Of a DNA stretch of 64,000 nucleotides, positions 38,037 to 50,768 are shown in pieces (the first letter of the stretch is position 1; each line of letters starts with the position of its first letter). Origin of the DNA: Octopus sinensis (Eukaryota); NCBI RefSeq assembly GCF_006345805.1, contig NC_043011.1, forward strand, positions 42,730,464-42,794,463, given 5' to 3'. The notes beneath the pieces were generated by a model, which saw only the letters and a list, made by a program, of their open reading frames with translations, ran no database searches and was not told where the DNA came from. A program made the translations under genes and the position numbers.

Positions 38037-38462
38037 TCGACAAGCATTCATTTGAATGTCTCGCTCTGACAGCTACAGCAGACGATATTGCATTACGAAA
38101 AAATAAAATAAAAAAAAAACGAAAAACTATTTTTCTTGTTGTTTGCTTTTCTTGATTCTTTTGCAATACTTATGCATTATGCATAGTCGTTGCATAAAGA
38201 ATGCATTTAAGTAACTAACCACCATGAATAAATGAAGAAATCAAAATCTGTAGACGAGGTAGGGTTTCTTTCTATCATTTCTTGAATATATTTAAGAAAG
38301 CAGTATCTGGTAGCAGCTGATTTTTGGTCTTTTTTTTTCGCCTAATAATTTGTAATTATTTTGTAATTAGTCTCCAGAGTCAGATAATTTGTTGGCAGGA
38401 AATATATAAACGAAAGATATGTACCTTGAGGGAGAAATAGAGGGTAATATTTCAGCTATAAC

Positions 38463-38750
38463 GTGTGGAGGCGCAATGGCCCAGTGGTTAGGGCAGCGGA
38501 CTCGCGGTTGTAGGATCGCGGTTTCGATTCCCAGACCGGGCTTTGTGAGTGTTTATTGAGCGAAAACACATAAAATTCCACGAGGCTCCGGTAGGGGGTG
38601 GTGGCGATCCCTGCAGTACTCTTTCGCCACAACTTTCTCTCACTCTTTCTTCTGTTGACCCGCTCGCTTTGAAGGCTAAAACAATGCGAAGCGCATTGTG
38701 ACCAGCGATGTGTAGCAACATCTGATAGCCTGGTCAGTCACGGTAATCAC
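38463..38750 (+). mobile_element. Family C SINE (internally deleted relative to 4549-4931)
   Basis: Near-identical head GTGGAGGCGCAATGGCCCAGTGGTTAGGGCAGCGG. Confidence 0.85.
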
Positions 38751-39341
38751 AGTGATTTTAGTTATAACTCCTCAACTGAAATTTAAAAGATTTGATTTTT
38801 AAATACACACACACAAGGTACTGCCTTGAAGGGCTTAGTCGAATAAATTGACCGCAATATTTATTTATTTTTAAAGCCCACTACTTATCGCATCACCCTC
38901 TTTTGCCAAACTGCTAAGTTACGAGGACGTAAACAAACTAGCACCACTTGTTAAGCGGTGGAAGAGCAAATACAAGTACAAACACATACACTTGTATATG
39001 TAAATTCAACGGGCTTCTATACAGTTTCTATCTATCCAATTCTCTCATAAGGCATTGGTCGACCGGGAGCCATAGTAGAAATCACTTGTCTAAGGTGCCA
39101 CACAGTGGAACTGAACCCGACACCACGTAGGTGCAAAGTGAGCTTCTTAAATACACAGCTAGTCATGCACCTATAATCTACATCTAAATATTGATTCTCT
39201 CATTATTACTTTACCAAATAGAGTGGAGAGTAAATTTTGCCAGCGGGGTCAGATAAACCTGAAATATATCCTCAGTTTGTCCCCCTTTTACTTGCTGAAA
39301 GAATCAAAGTCTTAATTAGTTAGTGAACAGGTATTTATTTC

Positions 39342-39633
39342 CATTATTTACATTCGATGGATATTTGTCCTCATCTTGTTTGTTGTTAACACAACGTTTC
39401 GGCTGTTATAACCTCCAGCCTTCATCAGGTGTCTTGGGGAAATTTCGAACCTGGGTTATCATTCCTAAGGTATTCTCCGATGTTGTTGTTATTGTTATTA
39501 TTATCATTATTATTATTATTATTATCATTATTATTGTTCAGGTCACTGCTTGGAATCGAACTCGGAATCTTGGGGTTAGTAACCCGCGCTCTTAACCACT
39601 ACGCCATATGCTCGTGGACATATGTAAATAATG
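39342..39633 (-). mobile_element. tRNA-headed short element carrying a hammerhead ribozyme, bracketed by 12-bp inverted repeats
   Basis: A box TGGCGTAGTGG (39596-39606), B box GAGTTCGATTCC (39552-39563), (AAT)n spacer, HHR 39388-39433; inverted repeats CATTATTTACAT 39342-39353 / ATGTAAATAATG 39622-39633. Confidence 0.8.
39388..39433 (-). ncRNA. Minimal type I hammerhead ribozyme
   Basis: RNA: GACAC-CUGAUGA-A-GGCUG(gagguuauaa)CAGCC-GAAAC-GUU^-GUGUU. All core nucleotides are present; stem I 5 bp, stem II 5 bp, palindromic ACGU stem III. Confidence 0.85.
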
Positions 39634-40117
39634 TACATAATTCCTCATCTCTTAAAAAATAGAACTGTATTTATTTCCAGTTAGTTTTTTTTTCTTTTTC
39701 GTGCTTCTGTATTTCATATGATATGATAAAACAAACTTACGTTTAGATTTATAATTACTAGAGCAATATAATAGCGTCGGTTATAAATAAATACATAAAT
39801 AAAAGAATCATATGTATTTAATGACGTTCTGCAATTAGACATGCACGTTTCTTTCGTCGAGCTGTTTACCATTATGCAAATGACTTGTGCCTGACACAAT
39901 TTTGTTAGTATTTTAAGAAACAACATACTGTTACTTTATCTCGGAATCGTCGAAGAAAGCAGCAAATAAGCAGCAATGAGCTTTAAAAGCAATGAATCCG
40001 GTCAGTTTCGTCTTTATCTTAAGCAGCAGAAAATACTCTCATGGGGTTAATTTTACAGCGTAACTGTATCCAAATGAATATAACTTCTTAAATATCATCA
40101 TCATCATCATCATCATC

Positions 40118-40500
40118 ATCATCGTTTAACGTCCGCTTTCCATGCTAGCATGGGTTGAACGGTTCAACTGGGGTCTGGCAAGCCCGAAGGCTGCACCAGG
40201 CCAGTCAGATCTGGCAGTGTTTCTACAGCTGGATGCCCTTCCTAGCGCCAACCACTCCGAGAGTGTAGTGGGTGATTTTATGTGCCACCGACACAGGTGC
40301 CAGACGAGGTTGGCAGACGGCCACGCTCGGATGGTGTTTTTTTATGCGCCACCGACACAGGTGCCAGACGAGGCTGGCGAACGGCCACGATCGGATGGTG
40401 TTTGTTACGTGCCCTCAGCACGGAGGCCAGTCGATGCGGTACTGGCTACGGCCACGTTCGGATGGTTTTCTTATGTGCCACCGGCACTGGTACCACAAAG
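40118..40500 (-). mobile_element. 3' part of a SINE/LINE-like repeat with (GAT)n tail and an internal ~65-bp tandem module
   Basis: GGTTGGCGCTAGGAAGGGCATCC motif, (GAT)n tail at 40096-40125, ~3.5 units of GTGCCACCGACACAGGTGCCAGACGAGG..GGCCACG.TCGGATGG. Confidence 0.75.
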
Positions 40501-43077
40501 ATACAAATTCCATTGATGTTCATCTATTTTGATTTGGTTTGATTTGAATTGATTTGATTTATTTATAGATTTTTGGGCAGGAAAAATGAAAAAGAATGCG
40601 GCACTGTGTGGTAAGAAGTTCTCTCTTCTTGAACAACATGTTTCCGTACCACGGCGTAGCACCTTAGGCAAGTCTCATCTTTAGCCGCGAGCACACCATA
40701 GCCGTGTGTGTTTGCACAGTAATTGAGCCGTTCAGCGAAAGATAGATGATGGAATAAGTACCAGGATTAAGGCAAAAATAAGTGGTGGGGTCGATTTGTC
40801 CAACAAAACATTTTAGGGCAATGCTCGAGGATGGCCACAGTCCAGTGACCGAACGATAAAATACATAGACACAGGCATAGCTGTGTGGTGAAGAAGACCG
40901 CTTCGGAACCACTAGATCTCAGATTTATCCCCGCTAAGTGACATCTTGGGCAAGTATGTCTTACAATCACCACTCCTGGGCCAAGTAATGCCTTTATCTG
41001 AATTTAGTTGGAGGAAACTGAGCATAAATCTGTTTTATGTGTGTATCAAATTCATCCCCAAAGCATTAGTCGGTCCGGGGCTATAGTAGAAAACAATTGC
41101 CCAAGATGCCGTGCAGTAGAAACGAACCCGAAAGCATATGGCTGCTAAGCGAGCCTCTTTGCCACACAGCCATGCTTGTGCCTGCGCTTAGAATATTTAC
41201 TGAAATTATTCTTCCATTTTTCACATTCCTCTCTCATCACTTTCTCTATCCCGCTCTCTCTTTTTCCTTCTATATATCCAGCTCTCCTCCTAATCCCCCC
41301 TCCTCCTCCTTGTACTCCACTTCTCTCCATTTTTCTTTATTTCGATTTTTTCCTATTAGCCACTTATTTCTTTTCTTTTCACAGGGAAAGATATTACATA
41401 ATGCGAAGGACATTCACCAAGTAGTTAGATAACTTGTATTCGATTGGATAGTTTCTCACATTACATGTGTAAGGGCACGCGTGTGTATGTGTGTGCGTGC
41501 GTGTTTGTATGTGTGCGTATGCATGTGTGTATGTAAAAGAAAGAGAGCGGGGTAAGAGAGATAGAGAAAGAAAAAGGGAAAGGGAAAGACAGTGGAGTGT
41601 AATCTTCAAGTTGTCGATTGTCGACATGATACACTAAGGTTTGTGGTTCGTATCTCATTCTTGGAACTGTGGTATAATTACAACAGTGTTATAGCTCTCA
41701 CTCACTTCACTCATTGAGCATGAATACATCGAATAATTAGCAAGTTCAATCCCGCTACAAGTATAGTCTGCCCCCGTTAGCTTAATTTTGTATGTCTTGT
41801 CTTCGATATACCGCATGGAAAAAAATCCTATTTATAATAGCTCATCATCCACATATTCACAAAGCCAGTAATCTCTCTCTCACTCTCCCACTCTCCCTCT
41901 CTCTCACTCTCTCCCTCTCTTTTCCTCTCACTCACACACTCATATGTAAATCGATTTTGGAATTTTGACAAAATCGCGACCATGTTTCTAAGATGGTACT
42001 GTCTACAAAAGAGATGTTGTACAAAGAAGAAATGAAATAAAGAATTTGTACGTTTCGAAGAAAAAGAATATTCGGTCTATTACAAATATATTATTAGACA
42101 GGAAGCAATACTAAATTATAGGGACAATTGCCAGAGTTATTCTAAACATCCAACAGACTGTATGAATACAGAATAGCATAAGTTACTTATTGATTCGAAA
42201 AAGAAAATGAAATTTTCATTTGGCAGAGTTATGTTGGTGATAAGAGACAGAACGGAGACAAGCAGACGACAGAAAAACGTTGCACAGCGAAACTAATAAG
42301 ATTTACTATATCAGGTGATGCGGAGTTAGTAAATTTATTTAATAGATAATGCGAAATAAGTTCTACTCTTATTCTAATTTTGCTTTACCTATTTACCTTT
42401 TCCAATGTCGGTTTTAACTGTTCTAACGCCATATGAAGTGAAGCTACTCGAGAAAGAAAAACAGAGTAAGAGAAGAGAGACGTTAAGAACATGTTACAAT
42501 TAATTGCTTTTCTTTCAAGAATGTTTGAGGAAATAAAGTTCGGATTTCTTCGTTAGAATGACTTCTATTTTGAAACTATTTGCTTAGTGATTTATTTTTG
42601 TTAAAGGTGCTGAGAGTCTTTGGCAGGAAACAATGGCAATGCTCTAGCAGCAATATTTAACGAATCCAATAGATATTGATTAGTTGTAACATAAAATTGA
42701 ATATTACTAGAGTTCAAGCAGTCGTCTCTGTCTGGTTTCTTTTAGCAAAAGAACAGAATATTCTACTAGTCATATTGTTACTAACCGACGTAGGCCTTGT
42801 TCTGATGTAGCGTATTCATAGACACAATAAAATTTCTGACTGCACAAAATCTGTGTCTAACATTTGAATGTGATTAGTGAAGCAGTATAAATTATTTTTT
42901 AATGTGTCCAGGCCTAATACATTTACAATTAAGAAACCATTCCATATGGTGTGCATAATCAGATAGAGGAGTATGTGCATATAACAGGATTTGTAGAAGA
43001 CAAAGAGAGAGCGCAGCAGCTCAGGTCTAACACATTGTACAAGGAGTATATATACATACATAAAAACATATGTATAT

Positions 43078-43455
43078 ATTCTTTTACTTGTTTCAGTCAT
43101 TTGACTGCGGCCATGCTGGAGCACCGCCTTTAGTCGAGCAAATCGACTTTATTCTTTATAAGCCTAGTACTTATTCTATCGGTGACTTTTGGTGAACCGC
43201 TAAGTTACAGGAACGTAAGCACCAGCATCGGTTGTCAAGCGATGTTGGGGTGGGGTGGGGACAAACACAGGCACACACATACATATATACGACGGGCTTC
43301 TTTCAGTTTCCGTCTGCCAAATCCACTCACAAGGCTTTGGTCGGCCCGAGACTATAATAGAAAATACTTGGCAAAGGTGCCACACTGTGAGACTGAACCC
43401 GGAACATGTGGCTGGTTAGCAAGCTACTTACCACACAGCCACTACTGCGCCTATA
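43078..43455 (-). mobile_element. Family B SINE
   Basis: Homology to 14152-14553. Confidence 0.85.
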
Positions 43456-43522
<67 letters not shown>

Positions 43523-43583
43523 TATATATAAATAATATTATATATATTATATTATATATTATATATAATAATATATATATATA

Positions 43584-43642
<59 letters not shown>

Positions 43643-43783
43643 TATAATATATATATATATTGTTATATTTCGGAATGGTCATTTTGCCAGTTTAGCCAAT
43701 AAAAACACACGCACTATATAACTATCTGTTTCAACACACGACTTCACATAAAAAATCTTGCACAACAAATATTTAAACGTATT

Positions 43784-43826
<43 letters not shown>

Positions 43827-44151
43827 TACATATAAAAAATTATACACACACACACATACACACATATATATATGTATATATGTATATATATTACGGACTC
43901 TCCCGTCGTTGGACGATGTATGAGGGTTCGGCAACTTCTTGACGAACAACTACTCAGATGATATGTTTATAGTGATCAAATGTTTGAGTACACATAGACT
44001 CACTCCCTCTATCAAATCGACATTACCTGTACAGGTGCACCATATGCCACATGTCAAATGACGAAATGATCGCCGAGCAACGTGAAATGAAGTGATTTGC
44101 TCAAGAACACCCGGTCTGAGGATCGAACCCACGATGATGTAATCGTGAGTG

Positions 44152-44200
<49 letters not shown>

Positions 44201-44303
44201 CTTATCAATAATAATAAAGAGTAAAATTAATTAATTAATTAATAATTAATAATTTTACCAAGTAGTTCGGTATGTTAAAATAACCATTATCGGTAAACTT
44301 ATT

Positions 44304-44930
44304 CAAAAATTCTATAATTATAAGCATAATTATAATTAGGGTTCAGCAAAAATTGCTTCACAACATACCAACATTTAGAAATAGCTGTTAAATACCATTC
44401 CACTACCATAAGCTAATTCCCAGAGAGCAATACTCTCAACTCACGTAGGTAAAGAGAAAAAATAGCGAATCCACCTGCCTTTGATCAACCACATACGCAT
44501 TTCTGGATTAGAGAGATGTAAAATTTAGTTTTATTCACTTATTTCCGTCTTCAGTGCAGTATTTCAATTATAAATTATATAACTGAAATTTATAACTGAA
44601 ATACTGCACTGAAAACGGAAATAAGGAGGGAGTAAAAATAAATTTTACATATAATTGAAATTTATAATTGAAATATTACACTAAAGACGGAAATAAGTGA
44701 GTAAAAATAAATTTTACATCTCTTTAATCCAGAAACGCGTATGTAGTTGATCAAATCCGGGTGGGTTCGTTATTTTTTTCTCTTTACCTACGTAAGTTGA
44801 GAGTATTGCTTTCTGGGAGATATCTTATGGTAGTGGAATAGTATTTAACTGCTATTTCTAAATTTCGGTATGTGGTGAAGCAATTTGCTGAACCCCAATT
44901 ATTATTAAGCTTATATTTATAGAATTTTTG
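44304..44930. mobile_element. Large foldback element (~275-bp inverted arms)
   Basis: 44304-~44580 is the reverse complement of ~44660-44930 at high identity; the centre holds a direct duplicate of the inner arm. Confidence 0.85.
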
Positions 44931-44934
44931 TTAT

Positions 44935-44968
<34 letters not shown>

Positions 44969-44989
44969 ATATATATATATATAATATAT

Positions 44990-45044
<55 letters not shown>

Positions 45045-45634
45045 GTATGTATGTTGTATGTATGTATGTATGTATGTATGTATGTATGTGTGTGTGTGTG
45101 TGGTGTGTGTGCGTGAGGGTAAATGGACTAGTGGTTAGGGTATTGTCTTCACAATTTCGAGATTGTAATCTCAATTCCTGGATCGAAAGGTGGGCTGTGC
45201 TCTTGAACAAATTACATCATCTCACGTTGCTCTGCGGTCACTTCGACACCTGACATACGCTACACCGTGCACCTGTCAGGACTAATGTGTATAACGAAAA
45301 CATTTGATCACTATAAACAAATCATTTGTGCCAGTTCTTCAGCAAGAAATTACAGAACTATCTTTTAGTAAATTGAGGGGGAATTTATTTGGCTGCTGTG
45401 CGGAGCTAAGCACGTAATTGCAATGTATGTAACTAGATACTACTGAATACTGATTGTGGCACGTAAACTTACCATTGGTATTGTTGTAATGTAGGAGTCT
45501 GTGTATATATGTAGATGTATGCTGGAATGTGCCGAAATGTTAGTGGCTGAACTGTATTTCCGCATTGGGAAACCTTAGTAGTTTTCCATAAATTACATAT
45601 TGTATGTGCTATAAAGGCTTTGAATTTAATAACA

Positions 45635-45692
<58 letters not shown>

Positions 45693-45737
45693 TACACATA
45701 TATATATGTGTGTTTTTCTAAGTATATATATATACAT

Positions 45738-46961
45738 ATTACATGCAAAAATGCGAACAAGAGAAATATTCTTAAGATTATAAATATGATAAAGTCCAGA
45801 ACAAGAAATTTTTTTACTTAAAATATTGCAGCTAAGGATATAATTTCAAATACAATATTTAGATTTAGAGAATATTAGCTTTTATTAAAATTAAAAATTT
45901 TATTACAAGTTATTACTTCTATTTGTTATTACTTGTTACATCTGTTAAAAATAAAAAAAAAATTACTCAAAATATTTTTTGCACTTTAAAGAAATTCATT
46001 ATTTAATTAATAATTAATAATTAATAATTAGAAATTTGAAAATAGATAATAAAAAATAGTTGTATATAATTAGTTAGTACAATAAGTAGAATAATACAAA
46101 AAAGTTATATGTTACAGCAAAATCTACCTATAACAACAAATTCACCGTAAAATTTTCTTGAGTTATTGCCAAGTCTTCACATTTTTAGTCTTGACCCAAT
46201 GCCTATTTTCTACATAATGTATTTGCCTATCATATATACTCTTTTACTCTCTTTTACTCTTTTACTTGTTTCAGTCACTTGACTGCGGCCATGCTGGAGC
46301 ACGCCTTAATCGAGCAACTCGACCCCAGGACTTATTCTTTGTAGCCCAGTACTTATTCTATCGGTCTCTTTACCGAACCGCTAAGTGACGGGGACGTAAA
46401 CACACCAGCATCGGTTGTCAAGCAATGCTAGAGGGACAACAACAGACACAAACACACATATATATATATATACATTATACGACAGGCTTCTTTCAGTTTC
46501 CGTCTACCAAATCACTCACAAGGCATTGGTCGGCCCGGGGCTATAGCAGAAGACACTTGCCCAAGATGCCACGCAGTGGGACTGAACCCGGAACCATGTG
46601 GTTGGTTAGCAAGCTACTTACCAGACAGCCACTCCTGTGCCTATTCTACTTTGCATAAAACATTAACTATATTGGTATTTCTGGCTCTCATTTTTTAAGT
46701 ATTCTAGTGTGTCAATATTTTAACAAAATTCTTGTCCTTTTTTTAATTATAATGTTACTTTGTAAATTAAAATAAAATAATTTTTAATATTCAAATTTTA
46801 TCCTTAGCTGCAATATTTTAACTAAAAATTTTTTTCTTCTGGACTTTACCAGACGTAATAACTTGTCCTGAGCTTTTCCAAGTGTTATAATTTGTCCTGT
46901 AATTTTCCAGGTTTTTAATCTTAAGAATATTATTTCTCTTGCTCGCGTTTTCCCATGTAAT
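45738..46961. mobile_element. MITE-like element with ~130-190-bp imperfect TIRs, interrupted by a SINE
   Basis: ATTACATG..AAA..GCGA.CAAGAGAAAT...TTCTTAAGATTA...AAATATTGCAGCTAAGGATA at both ends in inverted orientation. Confidence 0.7.
46237..46645 (-). mobile_element. Family B SINE nested in the MITE
   Basis: Homology to 14152-14553; (TTTTACTC)n tail. Confidence 0.85.
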
Positions 46962-47912
46962 CCATGTTTTTTCCAGGCTATGCTATTATGCTAATTAATA
47001 ATGTATTAAATGTGTCAGTTAGCGGTGTCGTGATAATTCTTTTCCTTAGCTCAATGACGCCGGTGACATATATTAAAAGTCCATTAGAACTATATTCATA
47101 AAAAAATATAGATCTACATTATCACCATCAAATTTGAGAAACAAACACTCATAACTTTTTTCTATTAAGACTTAATTGCATGAGATTGATACCATGAAAT
47201 TCCACAAATTAAGTCTTGTCATTTAAGCTTAATTAAAATATAGTTCGTTTTAAAAATCAAAAAAATCAATTATACTTAAATCCAGTTGTTTTACCTTACA
47301 ATATTTTTTTCATGATATTTTATCTCACAACATTTTTGATACAAATTTTTGTTGCATAGGACCAAAACTATGAAATTCTTCATGCCTTTGTCTATCATTG
47401 AAGCCAAGATAAATATATTTTGCTTTTCAAATAAAAAGTTATTTAGATTTAAAATTAGATCTGGTGGCGTTACTTACTCTCCTATATAACATTGCTACAA
47501 ATTTTGATGTAAACATTTTTCTACTGGACAAAAATCTAAATGTTTTTATGCCCAAATGTAGCTAGGGACAAGTCCTCTTCAAAAATGTTAACAGTTCTCA
47601 ATTTGGTTTGGAACTGAAATAGCACAAGCTCTGAAAGATGACGCATGGGAGTAAATTGCTGTCTTATGGATATTATTCAACTACTGCCTTAGTTGAATAG
47701 TATTAATTTCAAAGTATGAACAACGCCAGCAATTTTGGGGAAGGAGGTAAGTCGACTACATCGACCTCAGTCTTCAACTGGTACTTATTTTATCAACTCC
47801 AAAAGTACGAAAAGCAAAGTCGAAGCCGGCGGCATTTGAAATTAGAACGCGAAGTCGGAAGAAGTGCTATAGTATTTTTCCCGGGGTGGTAATACATCCT
47901 GCCCACCTTTAT

Positions 47913-47997
<85 letters not shown>

Positions 47998-48279
47998 ACA
48001 ATATATATATAGTCAATCCAAACAAGAACAAGCAAGAAAAGACAACAACGCGAGGACGTGGTACAAGTACTGTGTTATTGGACGCTCAGGAATATAAAGA
48101 AAAGAAAGAAGATTCCACGTTTCGAGCGGAGCTCGTGGTTATTTCATTTACCTTGAAAGAATGAAAGGTTAAGTCGAATCCCGTGGAATTTGAACTCAGA
48201 ACGACGAAATGCTGTTAAGCTTTTTGCTCTGCGCGATAACAATTCTATCAACTACTTCAACCACCACCACCACCAGTAT

Positions 48280-48317
<38 letters not shown>

Positions 48318-48719
48318 GTAGTAGTAGTACTGTAGGAAATAGGCTAGACACGATTTTCTTTCCTACAAAAAGAAAATCAAAGTAAGTTGAACGAATCACA
48401 AAGATAGGACATTGGCAACTTTTAAACGTTAAGACTTCCATTTGTAACTTATAATGTAATTACATTTGTAGCATCAAACAGTACACGAATTACTGTTTAG
48501 CTTCTGGTCGAGTCTCATCGATCAGCTCTTTGATTAAAGGCGTTACGGCCATGGGCTGTCCCGACTCAGGCATAATGTAGCCATCACTGAATTATTCAAT
48601 GTATCATTGTTAAGACAGCTGCGTATGATTTCAGGAAAGTTGGTTCCTATTGTTAGGAGATCGAACGACCATGTAGAACCTTGCTTCATGAGTCAAGCAG
48701 AACGTGTGTTGTTGTTGTC

Positions 48720-48955
48720 ATCGTCGTCTTCGTCGTCGTCGTCGTCGTTGTTGTTGTTGTTACTGTTGTTGTTGTTGTTGTTGTTGTTGTTCTTCTTCTT
48801 CTTCTTCTTCTTCTTCTTCTTCTTCTTCTTCTTCTTCGTTCTTCTTCTTCTTCTTCTTCTTCTTCTTCTGCTTCTTTCTTCTTCTTCTTCTTCTTCTGCT
48901 TCTTCTTCTTCTTCTTCTTCTTCTTCTTCTTCTTCTTCTTCTTCTTCTTCTTCAG
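48720..48955. repeat. (GTC)/(GTT)/(TTC)n compound microsatellite
   Basis: Direct reading. Confidence 0.95.
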
Positions 48956-49064
48956 CCATCAACTTGGTTGAGCAGATCCATGATGCTGTAGTATATCAAA
49001 CCGTATTTCTTACAAGCCTAGAGGTTTACTTTACCCTCTGTCCTTTCACTCTTTATAATAACAG

Positions 49065-49695
49065 TGTATGATTCGAGGTAAATAAGCTCTATATTTAGCT
49101 AACCGAGTGGCTGCGCAGAAGCAATGTCTGTGGTGTGGAATTCGAGAAAAATACTTCTATTATATCTTGCTGGATGTGTGACTACGTAAATTATCTTTTT
49201 GTGGTGTGTGATGTGAGGGGAATACAGCTGCTATTTTTAGCTGACTGTGTGACTACGTTGAAGTTATTTCTTTGCTGTGTGATTTGAGGGAAACACAGCT
49301 GCTATTTCTGGCTAGCTGTGTAAGTACGTTGAGACTCTTTCTTTGGTGTGTACGGGCAAATACAGTTGTTATCTCAAGAGTGGCGGTGCAACTACGTAGG
49401 GTCTATTTCTATGGTGTGTGATGTGAGGGAAATACAGTTACCTTTTCTACCTAGCTGCGTAATTATGTAAAGGCTCTTTCTGTGTTGTGTGGCTCAAGGA
49501 AATGTGGCTGCTATTTTTAGCTGGCTATTTGACTACGTAGAAGCTCTTTCTTTTGTGTGTCATGCGAAAGAAATAGAGTTGCTGGTTGTGTGACTAGGTA
49601 GGATCTGTTTCTTTGGCGTGTGATTCGAGGAGAAAACAGCTGCTATTTCTAGCTAGCCGAGTGACAACATAGTTATCCTTTCTGTGGTGTGATAA
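49065..49695 (+). repeat. Degenerate ~70-bp tandem array (~9 units)
   Basis: Consensus approximately GTGTGATTTGAGGGAAATACAGCTGCTATTTCTAGCTAGCTGTGTGACTACGTAGAGGCTCTTTCTTTG; unit starts near 49065, 49131, 49204, 49277, 49347, 49414, 49487, 49555, 49618. Confidence 0.85.
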
Positions 49696-50371
49696 TTGGT
49701 ATGATCAATGATGTATACTGATTGCTAACACTGGGTCAAACGTAGGGACAAAGCCGCAAATGTGGGTAAAGAAAATACTCGATTAAACCAACTCTAATAC
49801 ATGATTATTATTTATATTATTGACCATTGAAGGACAAAAGGTAATATTGGCCTCAGCTGGATTTGAACCGAGAACATAAAAATAAAGAGTCACAAATAAA
49901 TTCAGCAACGAATTTGGTTTGCTACTCTATCATTTCTTTATATGCATAATGTTACATAATGTTACATAGCATCATATTTAAGCTAAAAATATATGCGATG
50001 CGTTGATGCTTATTTAGACGTTATTCTCATGCAATCTTATCTCCATTCTAGAGCTGAAGTATTTTGTAAACGAGATGTCTCACATAGGTGCTAATTACAT
50101 ATATCCCGCATACTGAGTTGACTTATCTCTGTATGTTGTTCTGGTTTTATTCGTCATTTTTTTCTCTCTAATTGAGGAAGAAACAAGTTTCCGACCAAAG
50201 ATCGAGGTTCTTTGGGTGGAATTTAAAGAACTTCAACTAGATAATCGTATATCAATGTAAGTTTGTGTGTGTTGTGTCGACACGCGTATGCATCACCGCA
50301 TATATGTGTGAATGTACGTTTGCAGGCTATTGTGTAGGTGAGCGAACGCGTGAATTTCTGTTTTCACTTGT

Positions 50372-50458
<87 letters not shown>

Positions 50459-50725
50459 GAGAAGCAGGTATGTATGTATGCATGTGTTTATACTACATCA
50501 TGAAAAAGAGCATCTAAAATGGATTAAGTTCGAAGGATTGCTTTGGTACAATGGTAGAATGTCTGCCATGTTTACAGAGGATGTGGGTTCGAGTCCTATG
50601 AGTGATCTTCACCTTTGTCAATCATAGAGATTTTTTAAAACTCAATATTTACACACTTTAATTGACAGTTTTACCTACTTGTGTTCCATCGTTAAAATCA
50701 CTTTCTCTTTCTCTCTCTCTCTTTC

Positions 50726-50766
<41 letters not shown>

Positions 50767-50768
50767 CA

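Noticed and set aside
49065-49695. CRISPR-like periodicity
   Set aside because: Whole units are homologous (no unique spacers), the repeats are degenerate, there are no cas genes and the context is eukaryotic
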